Source of the DNA: Eledone cirrhosa
Lineage: Eukaryota
Direction of reading: 5' to 3'
NCBI GenBank assembly: GCA_964016885.1
Contig: OZ024754.1
Location: 372,001 to 436,000 of the forward strand
Length of the DNA stretch: 64,000 bases
In this document: positions 1 through 11,761 of the stretch, in pieces
Position numbering within the stretch: the first letter of the stretch is position 1
How the letters are laid out: every line of letters begins with the position of its first letter
Position numbers and translations under genes: made by a program
Notes under the pieces: generated by a model
Told to the model about the DNA's origin: nothing
Databases searched by the model: none
Seen by the model: the letters and a program-made list of their open reading frames with translations, nothing else

Positions 1-112
1 ATTGTAAAATATTTTTTCAGATTAGTCAGTATTAAAAATTTCCATGGCAACTAAAATAAAATTTTATAGGAAAAGATACAACCACAAACCATTTCATAAT
101 TGGACTTCATTA

Positions 113-1500
113 ACACAGTACAACAATATTTTGTCATGAGATATTGTTTTGATCAAGAGTTACAAGATATTATCACAGTACAACAATATTCTGTCATGAG
201 ATATTGTTTTGATCAAGAGTTACAAGATATTATCACAGTACAACAATATTCTGTCATAAGATATTGTTTTGATCAAGAGTTACAAGATATTATCACAGTA
301 CAACAATATTCTGTCATAAGATATTGTTTTGATCAAGAGTTACAAGATATTATCAGAGTACAACAATATTCTGTCATGAGATATTGTTTTAGTCAAGAGT
401 TAGAAGATATTATCACAGTACAACAATATTCTGTCATGAGATATTGTTTTAGTCAAGAGTTAGAAGATATTATCACAGTACAACAATATTCTGTCATGAG
501 ATATTGTTTTAGTCAAGAGTTAGAAGATATTATCACAGTACAACAATATTCTGTCATGAGATATTGTTTTAGTCAAGAGTTAGAAGATATTATCACAGTA
601 CAACAATATTCTCTCATGAGATATTGTTTTAGTCAAGAGTTAGAAGATATTATCACAGTACAACAATATTCTCTCATGAGATATTGTTTTAGTCAAGAGT
701 TAGAAGATATTATCACAGTACAACAATATTCTCTCATGAGATATTGTTTTAGTCAAGAGTTAGAAGATATTATCACAGTACAACAATATTCTCTCATGAG
801 ATATTGTTTTAGTCAAGAGTTAGAAGATATTATCACCGTACAACAATATTCTCTCATGAGATATTGTTTTGATCAAGAGTTACAAGATATTATCACAGTA
901 CAACAATATTCTGTCATAAGATATTGTTTTGATCAAGAGTTACAAGATATTATCACAGTACAACAATATTCTCTCATGAGATATTGTTTTGATCAAGAGT
1001 TACAAGATATTATCACAGTACAACAATATTCTGTCATGAGATATTGTTTTAGTCAAGAGTTAGAAGATATTATCACAGTACAACAATATTCTGTCATGAG
1101 ATATTGTTTTAGTCAAGAGTTAGAAGATATTATCACAGTACAACAATATTCTGTCATGAGATATTGTTTTAGTCAAGAGTTAGAAGATATTATCACAGTA
1201 CAACAATATTCTGTCATGAGATATTGTTTTAGTCAAGAGTTAGAAGATATTATCACAGTACAACAATATTCTGTCATGAGATATTGTTTTAGTCAAGAGT
1301 TAGAAGATATTATCACAGTACAACAATATTCTCTCATGAGATATTGTTTTGATCAAGAGTTACAAGATATTATCACAGTACAACAATATTCTCTCATAAG
1401 ATATTGTTTTAGTCAAGAGTTACATGATATTATCACAGTCCAACAGTCTGTCATGAGATATTGTTTTGGTCAAGAGTTACAGTACAACAATATTTTATGA
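113..1500. repeat. 60-bp tandem minisatellite (~22 copies), intronic
   Basis: Unit CAACAATATTCTGTCATGAGATATTGTTTT(GAT/AGT)CAAGAGTT(AC/AG)AAGATATTATCACAGTA repeats in register with the 60-nt lines. Confidence 0.97.
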
Positions 1501-1645
1501 GATATAGTTTTAATTAAGATTCACACAATCAACTCTTGTTACTATATTTGTTTTTGTTATTTTGGAATTCTGCTAATCTTCCATTCTATTCCTAAATGTT
1601 CATATTTGTTTTTGTTTGTTTTTTCTTCTGTTGAAACATTTCAAG

Positions 1646-1718
1646 TCTAAAAGAACACAGTATAGTATGGAAATATGTCGAGAGAATATTACAGATTGAT
1701 GAAGAGATTGGAGTTAAG
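1646..1718 (+). CDS. TGFBRAP1: TGFBRAP1 exon (LKEHSIVWKYVERILQIDEEIGVK)
   Basis: tcaag acceptor, aag|gtaagc donor; aligns to human LVWAYADWVLQKSEEVGVQ. Confidence 0.85.
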
Positions 1719-3273
1719 GTAAGCATTGCATACACAACTACATTTACTTAACTCTTTAGCATTTAAACCAGCCGTAACCGGCCAGAATTCTCTCACCTCT
1801 TTCTGTTCAAACTAGCCATAACTGGCCAGAATTCTCTCACCTCTTTCTGTCCAAACCGGCCATAGCCGGCCAGCATTCTCTCACCTCTTTCTGTTTAAAC
1901 CAGCCATAACTGGCTGCTCATATTGACATTAAGGTTTTGTTCTCAAAATAAATAACATTATCAAAATCTCTTAGATTCCCTATTATGTAAGATAATTATG
2001 TGAGATAAGGCCTTTACCATAAAAATAAATAGTAATGTAAATGCTAAAGGGTTAATCTTAACATCCTGTACTACAGGAAACTGCATTAGCAAGACATTCT
2101 TGACAAGACCAAAACAGCACTATGTCTAAATCATCATCATCATTATTATCATCCTTTAACGTCTATCTTCCATGCTACCATGGGTCTAGAGGCAAGATTG
2201 GTTGTCTCACTTGTATAGGACTGTCTGGCAGGTTTTCTATGGCTGGATGCCCTTCCTAACACCAACCACGTTTACAGTGTGGAACTGGGAGGTTTTTACC
2301 GTGTTACCTACACGGCCACATTACAGCGTGGACTGTGTGTTTTTTTTGTTGTGACACCTACATGACCTCATTTAATCACATGAAAAATTAAAGTCTTTAG
2401 TTTAATATTGCAAATTTTCACGATGCTCTTTAAAGATTCTATAAACATTTACCATATATATCCAAATATCATCCGAGGAATGTGACCAAAAGATCGATGT
2501 TAAAATGGGGAGATAGGCTCACATTCAGGAGTCAATATTTATGTGTTGATCAGCTGCCTCGTCTTATAAACGGGGTTTTGATTTTTTCCCATTTCTCAGA
2601 CATAGAAGAGGTCAGAGTCGGCTTACATTCAAGTATATACAGTAGATATTTTCTGCTATTTCATTACAGGATCAGCATCATTATTTTACGTCTTCTTTTC
2701 CCTGCTTGCAAGGGTGGGATGGGTTCTATTCAGCACAGCATCTCTCCACTTGTCACGATCCTTCGTTAATAGAGTTAATGATATTGGACTAAAGGTCAAT
2801 GAGTTGTTTGGAAGGTTTTCTACAGATGGATATCCTTCCTATAACCTTCATGTGTGGAGGAGTTTAGGGTAAGGTGAGGGTGAGGAGTACTTGAAGATAA
2901 TAAAATGATTAGATTTATGGAAATGAAATGTATCATATAGAAACAAGATGACTGCAGTTCATATGGTAGTCTCCAAGGATTGCAACAATATTTCTTTTTA
3001 TAAACTGAAATACTTATGGTCCTTCAATATCTTTTTGGTTTTTCCAGGTTTTCACTGGACGATCTGCAAGTGAAGAGGAAATGGATAAGATGGCACCGGA
3101 TACTATAGTGGATTTCTTGCATTCTTTCCCTTCCGCTGTCATTCTTTACCTGGAGTTTCTGGTCTTTCAGAAAAAACTCCAGGTTTGTGGAAACTATTTT
3201 TTTCATTGCTTTTTTTTTTTTCTTTCTTACTACCATTCATTATCATTATCACCATCATCATCATCATTATAAC

Positions 3274-3305
<32 letters not shown>

Positions 3306-5318
3306 CCATCATCATCATGTCATCACCACCACTACCATCCCCATCAACACCATCATCACCATTATCATCATCATCATATCTTAATCAGCACCACCACCAT
3401 CATCATCATATCATCATCACCACCACCACCACCATCATCATCACCATCATCATCACCATCATCGTCATTATCATCATATCTTAATCAGCACCACCACCAC
3501 CATCATCATCACCATATCATCATCATCACCATCATTGTTATCATTATCATCACCACCACCATCATCATCATCAATATTGTTTTATCTATTGAACATCCTC
3601 TCTCTGTGATATACAGGTACTTTTGATTGATACCTTTGTTGAATACAATGACATGTTCAACCCTTTTTGTTTTTTAATCTAGATAGAATGTGTAACTTGG
3701 AGATTAGAGAGTCTCTCCAGGTAGAGCTTCTACTCCTCCAAATTGAGAGATCATAGCTCTGATACTACAGGCAAAACCAATCGGCAGGGGATTCAGGGGC
3801 AGACTCTGAGAAAAGATGGTTGGAGAAAACAGAAAACAGCACAGCTTCCATGACTTTCGTAGACATTTTTTCACGCTCAGCGTTGCTGAAGCGTGGAACA
3901 AACTGCCTGCGTCAGTTGTTAGCTGCTGAGACACTGCATCCTTTAAAACCCTCATGCTTCCTGAAATTCGCCAAAACTACACCTGACGTACCCCTTCCAT
4001 ACACATGCACACATGTGTATATCATGACTCATGCACTGTTCATTTACCTGACGTTTGTACATTACCCTATGTACTATACATACACTTTTTGATGAGTTGT
4101 AGTGCACCTGAGCACTGTACACAATATTTCATTATTATTGTTATTATTATTATTATTATTATTGTTATAACATCCATAAGCTTGGTTGGTCTCGCTTGCA
4201 AATGGTTGCTTCTTACAGGATCCGCTGGAAGTAGTGTTTGAGGACTCTGTCATCACGACCGTCTCAGGAATAAGTTGGTGAAGAAGAAGAATCTAGAGAA
4301 GGTTCTAGAACTGTTTTACAGATAAAAATGTATAGGAGAAGATGATGATGATGAGTTAATAGTATTTTTTACTTGCACAGTGCTATGATAAATTGAATCT
4401 CTATATCTTTCAGAAAGAGAAATACCACACTCATCTAGCAGTCTTATATTTAGACCAGGTATTGAAACTACAAAAGGACAGCAATACTTTCAATGAAATG
4501 ATAGATATAGCTCGGTAGGTAACTTTCTCTCTATATAATTTACTCTCCGGTCCCAAATAATAGGAGTTGGGGGTGGGCTTTGAATAAATGAGGGCGTTGA
4601 AAAATAGATAATTTTTCTCGTTGTCTCCCTTCATTTTTTTTTTTTGAAAACCAGAATTAGTCCTTTAGTTTACCTATGGACCTCCCCTCCCCCTTTAATC
4701 CATCCTATTTATTTTCTAACATATGGGATTTCTTGTAATGTTCTATTTTTTTGTCCTGAATAATGTTTTTAATGTCTAAAGAAAATTAATTATCGCAGGA
4801 ATGCTACCATTTAACCCTTTACCATTTATATTACTCTATATTTACTATTGAATTTTCATGGTAAACACTTTGTTTCACATAATTATCTCACATACTATCG
4901 AATCTACAAGATTTTGATATCATTTATTTTGAGAACAATACCTTAACTTAAGTATGAGCAACCAATTAAGACTGGTTTGAACAGCCAGTTTAAATGCTAA
5001 AGGGTTAAAATAAAATTTCATCTGAAATAAACTAGCAAAATTTAATAAGCGGGGAGAGCTAATCATTGCAGAAATATTTACCACTGTCTCTTTCAAGGTT
5101 GCTTTTGTTAATGATTGTAGGTCAAAGTTGAGACATCTGCTACAGGTATCTAATCTCTACAGAGTACAACTTATCCTTGGCAAAGCTAGGGACATGAATA
5201 TGCACGCAGAATGTGCAATCCTCTATGGTAAGGTATGTTCGTAGTGTTACAAGAGAATTTAACTTAAGGTATGACCCCTGTGTTTCACTAAATATTGTTG
5301 TGTTTCTCGGTTTTCAGT

Positions 5319-5356
<38 letters not shown>

Positions 5357-8300
5357 CTGTGTGTGTATATATGTGTGTGTGTGTGTGTGTGTCTGTGTAC
5401 CCTAATGAATGACTTTTCTGTTTTTATAAGTGCTCATGTATTAGTATGTCTGTCAATAACAAACTTGTCAATTCAATTCTTGCTGGTTTCCTTTTAGCTG
5501 GAAGAACACGATAAAGCCTTAAAGATTTTAGTTCACAAACTGAAGGACTATGGTGCTGCTGAAAATTACTGCTTGGTTAATGCCAAAGACGCTGTCTATA
5601 AGAGAAAACTATTCCATATCTTACTTAGTGTTTACCTTGATCCAAGTAATGAGTAAGTTTTACTGTTCTTCCACCCATTATGAGTTAGACACACAGTAGT
5701 CCTCTCTCTGTGTATTCCACACATGTTTTAGCCATCCTTGTATGTTAGATATACTGTTTAATCCACCCCTGTGTATTAGGCAGACCTTGTAGCCACACCT
5801 ATGTGGTTAATCAGACCTTGTTTTTATGTCTGAGATAAGATAATAACAATAATATTAATAATAATAATTTCATCACCATATTGCTGCTGCAACCACCAAC
5901 ATGTTGATGATGCATGCACCAACATGTTGATGATGCATGCACCAACATGTTGATGATGCATGCACCAACATGTTGATGATGCAACCACCAACATGTTGAT
6001 GCATGCACCAGTTTATATTGTTGCAATTTATTCATGATTCATGAGTTTTTGGCAACATTTCAAAGCTACTCTGCAGCAGTATTTTGATGTGGATGCTACA
6101 CATACAGCAGCTATGCAGGATGCTACACATACAGCAGCTATGCAGGATGCTACACATACAGCAGCTATGCAGGATGCTACACATACAGCAGCTATGCAGG
6201 ATGCTACACATACAGCAGCTATGCAGGATGCTACACATGCAGCAACTATGAGGGATGCTACACATGCAGCAGCTATGCAGGATGCTACACATGCAGCAGC
6301 TATGCAGGATGCTACACATGCAGCAGCTATGCAGGATGCTACACATACAGCAGCTATGCAGGATGCTACACATACAGCAGCTATGCAGGATGCTACACAT
6401 GCAGCAGCTATGCAGGATGCTACACATACAGCAGCTATGCAGGATGCTACACATACAGCAGCTATGCAGGATGCTACACATACAGCAGCTATGCAGGATG
6501 CTACACATGCAGCAACTATGAGGGATGCTACACATGCAGCAGCTATGCAGGATGCTACACATGCAGCAGCTATGCAGGATGCTACACATGCAGCAGCTAT
6601 GCAGGATGCTACACATACAGCAGCTATGCAGGATGCTACACATACAGCAGCTATGCAGGATGCTACACATGCAGCAGCTATGCAGGATGCTACACATACA
6701 GCAGCTATGCAGGATGCTACACATACAGCAGCTATGCAGGATGCTACACATGCAGCAGCTATGCAGGATGCTACACATGCAGCAGCTATGCAGGATGCTA
6801 CACATGCAGCAGCTATGCAGGATGCTACACATGCAGCAGCTATGCAGGATGCTACACATGCAGCAGCTATGCAGGATGCTACACATGCAGCAGCTATGCA
6901 GGATGCTACACATGCAGCAGCTATGCAGGATGCTACACATACAGCAGCTATGCAGGATGCTACACATGCAGCAGCTATGCAGGATGCTACACATGCAGCA
7001 GCTATGCAGGATGCTACACATGCAGCAGCTATGCAGGATGCTACACATACAGCAGCTATGCAGGATGCTACACATACAGCAGCTATGCAGGATGCTACAC
7101 ATACAGCAGCTATGCAGGATGCTACACATGCAGCAGCTATGCAGGATGCTACACATACAGCAGCTATGCAGGATGCTACACATGCAGCAGCTATGCAGGA
7201 TGCTACACATGCAGCAGCTATGCAGGATGCTACACATACAGCAGCTATGCAGGATGCTACACATGCAGCAGCTATGCAGGATGCTACACATGCAGCAGCT
7301 ATGCAGGATGCTACACATGCAGCAGCTATGCAGGATGCTACACATACAGCAGCTATGCACATGACTTAGACGGAAACTTTGAATGTTACCAACCTTTTTT
7401 CATTTAAACCAGCCATATCCAGCCAGAGTTCTCTCACCTCTTTCTGTTCAACCGGCTGTAACCAGCTGCTCATACTGATTTTAAGGTATTATTCTCAAAA
7501 TGAATAATATTAAAATCTCGTAGATTCGATATTATGTGAGATAATTATGTGAAATAAAGTGAAAATACAATAGTAAATATAGAGTAATGTAAATGTTATG
7601 TGAGATAAAGTGTTTACTGTGAAAATACAATAGTAAATATAGAGTAATGTAAATGTTATGCGAGATAAAGTGTTTACCATGAAAATACAATAGTAAATAT
7701 AGAGTAATGTAAATGTTATGTGAGATAAAGTGTTTACCATGAAAATACAATAGTAAATATAGAGTAATGTAAATGTTATGTGAGATAAAGTGTTTACTGT
7801 GAAAATACAATAGTAAATATAGAGTAATGTAAATGTTATGTGAGATAAAGTGTTTACCATGAAAATACAATAGTAAATATAGAGTAATGTAAATGTTATG
7901 TGAGATAAAGTGTTTACCATGAAAATACAATAGTAAATATAGAGTAATGTAAATGTTATGTGAGATAAAGTGTTTACTGTGAAAATACAATAGTAAATAT
8001 AGAGTAATGTAAATGTTATGTGAGATAAAGTGTTTACCATGAAAATACAATAGTAAATATAGAGTAATGTAAATGTTATGTGAGATAAAGTGTTTACCAT
8101 GAAAATACAATAGTAAATATAGAGTAATGTAAATGTTATGTGAGATAAAGTGTTTACTGTGAAAATACAATAGTAAATATAGAGTAATGTAAATGTTATG
8201 TGAGATAAAGTGTTTACTGTGAAAATACAATAGTAAATATAGAGTAATGTAAATGTTATGTGAGATAAAGTGTTTACTGTGAAAATACAATAGTAAATAT

Positions 8301-11300
8301 AGAGTAATGTAAATGTTATGTGAGATAAAGTGTTTACTGTGAAAATACAATAGTAAATATAGAGTAATGTAAATGTTATGTGAGATAAAGTGTTTACTGT
8401 GAAAATACAATAGTAAATATAGAGTAATGTAAATGTTATGCGAGATAAAGTGTTTACCATGAAAATACAATAGTAAATATAGAGTAATGTAAATGTTATG
8501 TGAGATAAAGTGTTTACCATGAAAATACAATAGTAAATATAGAGTAATGTAAATGTTATGTGAGATAAAGTGTTTACTGTGAAAATACAATAGTAAATAT
8601 AGAGTAATGTAAATGTTATGTGAGATAAAGTGTTTACCATGAAAATACAATAGTAAATATAGAGTAATGTAAATGTTATGTGAGATAAAGTGTTTACCAT
8701 GAAAATACAATAGTAAATATAGAGTAATGTAAATGTTATGTGAGATAAAGTGTTTACTGTGAAAATACAATAGTAAATATAGAGTAATGTAAATGTTATG
8801 TGAGATAAAGTGTTTACCATGAAAATACAATAGTAAATATAGAGTAATGTAAATGTTATGTGAGATAAAGTGTTTACCATGAAAATACAATAGTAAATAT
8901 AGAGTAATGTAAATGTTATGTGAGATAAAGTGTTTACTGTGAAAATACAATAGTAAATATAGAGTAATGTAAATGTTATGTGAGATAAAGTGTTTACTGT
9001 GAAAATACAATAGTAAATATAGAGTAATGTAAATGTTATGTGAGATAAAGTGTTTACTGTGAAAATACAATAGTAAATATAGAGTAATGTAAATGTTATG
9101 TGAGATAAAGTGTTTACTGTGAAAATACAATAGTAAATATAGAGTAATGTAAATGTTATGTGAGATAAAGTGTTTACCATGAAAATACAATAGTAAATAT
9201 AGAGTAATGTAAATGTTATGTGAGATAAAGTATTTACCATGAAAATACAATAGTAAATATAGAGTAATGTAAATGTTATGTGAGATAAAGTGTTTACCAT
9301 GAAAATACAATAGTAAATATAGAGTAATGTAAATGTTATGTGAGATAAAGTGTTTACCATGAAAATACAATAGTAAATATAGAGTAATGTAAATGTTATG
9401 TGAGATAAAGTGTTTACCATGAAAATACAATAGTAAATATAGAGTAATGTAAATGTTATGTGAGATAAAGTGTTTACTGTGAAAATACAATAGTAAATAT
9501 AGAGTAATGTAAATGTTATGTGAGATAAAGTGTTTACTGTGAAAATACAATAGTAAATATAGAGTAATGTAAATGTTATGTGAGATAAAGTGTTTACCAT
9601 GAAAATACAATAGTATATATAGAGTAATGTAAATGTTATGTGAGATAAAGTGTTTACCATGAAAATACAATAGTAAATATAGAGTAATGTAAATGTTATG
9701 TGAGATAAAGTATTTATCATGAAAATACAATAGTAAATATAGAGTAATGTAAATGTTATGTGAGATAAAGTGTTTACTGTGAAAATACAATAGTAAATAT
9801 AGAGTAATGTAAATGTTATGTGAGATAAAGTATTTACCATGAAAATACAATAGTATATATAGAGTAATGTAAATGTTATGTGAGATAAAGGGTTTACCAT
9901 GAAAATACAATAGTATATATAGAGTAATGTAAATGTTATGTGAGATAAAGTGTTTACCATGAAAATACAATAGTAAATATAGAGTAATGTAAATGTTATG
10001 TGAGATAAAGTGTTTACCATGAAAATACAATAGTATATATAGAGTAATGTAAATGTTATGTGAGATAAAGTGTTTACTGTGAAAATACAATAGTATATAT
10101 AGAGTAATGTAAATGTTATGTGAGATAAAGTGTTTACCATGAAAATACAATAGTAAATATAGAGTAATGTAAATGTTATGTGAGATAAAGTGTTTACCAT
10201 GAAAATACAATAGTAAATATAGAGTAATGTAAATGTTATGTGAGATAAAGTGTTTACCGTGAAAATACAATAGTAAATATAGAGTAATGTAAATGTTATG
10301 TGAGATAAAGTGTTTACCATGAAAATACAATAGTATATATAGAGTAATGTAAATGTTATGTGAGATAAAGTATTTACCATGAAAATACAATAGTAAATAT
10401 AGAGTAATGTAAATGTTATGTGAGATAAAGTGTTTACCGTGAAAATACAATAGTAAATATAGAGTAATGTAAATGTTATGCGAGATAAAGTGTTTACCAT
10501 GAAAATACAATAGTAAATATAGAGTAATGTAAATGTTATGTGAGATGAAGTGTTTACCATGAAAATACAATAGTAAATATAGAGTAATGTAAATGTTATG
10601 CGAGATAAAGTGTTTACCGTGAAAATACAATAGTAAATATAGAGTAATGTAAATGTTATGTGAGATAAAGTGTTTACTGTGAAAATACAATAGTAAATAT
10701 AGAGTAATGTAAATGTTATGTGAGATAAAGTGTTTACCGTGAAAATACAATAGTAAATATAGAGTAATGTAAATGTTATGCGAGATAAAGTGTTTACCAT
10801 GAAAATACAATAGTAAATATAGAGTAATGTAAATGTTATGTGAGATGAAGTGTTTACCATGAAAATACAATAGTAAATATAGAGTAATGTAAATGTTATG
10901 CGAGATAAAGTGTTTACCGTGAAAATACAATAGTAAATATAATGTCAATACTAAAGGGTTAATATGTTGAAATAAAATATGTTTGTTTTTTTTCTTACAG
11001 GAAACGAGATATCTTAATTCCGCCTGCAATTGCTCTTTTAAACAGCAATGTTGCTGAGTTTGATTCTATAAAGGTTTGTCTATATTGATGCCATATATTG
11101 ATTAGAGATTTAATAACTAAGTAGAATATCGAAAATAATTGCCTGTTTATAAATTGACATTGCGCTTCATTCTCTATAAAGAGTATGTATATATGTGTGT
11201 GTTTATATATATATAAATAACTCATGATGCACATTATATATATATATAATGTGCATGATGCACATTATATATATAATGTGCATTATGAGTTATTTATGCA

Positions 11301-11728
11301 TTCACTTGAGAACATTCCCAACCATTTTTTTATAATTTGAACGTTTTAATGAATATCCCTTACACATACACCTATACATGCACACATGCCATTGTTTTTC
11401 TCTGTGACTTAATCATGCTTTTTCTTTCAATCTTACTTCTGTCTTCTATTTTATTGCTCTCGAACTCCCTTTCTTCTCTCACATTCACCCTCCCTTTTTC
11501 TCGCTTTGTCTCTCTCTATGCAATGTTCTCTTAGTCAATCTCTTTCTTTCAACACTTCTGTTTATTATTTCCCTTTACACATAGTTTTGCTCTCCCCTCA
11601 GTGTTTTTAATGACTCCATAACGGTTAAAGAATTTTTTTTTTTTTTAAAATAACATCTTAAACTCAATGATTTCATTGTTTTCAAATTATAAATATATAT
11701 ATATATAAATATATATAAATATATATAA

Positions 11729-11761
<33 letters not shown>

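Noticed and set aside
100-1500. 466-aa repetitive ORF
   Set aside because: Translation of a 60-bp tandem repeat in a TGFBRAP1 intron; non-ATG start; no domain.
6028-7369. Overlapping ~440-aa ORFs on both strands (Cys-rich, DATHAAAMQ)
   Set aside because: Stop-free 27-bp unit; intronic; not metallothionein or antifreeze genes.
7510-11029. 1116-aa and 1165-aa minus-strand ORFs
   Set aside because: Artefacts of the 60-bp array inside a MITE.
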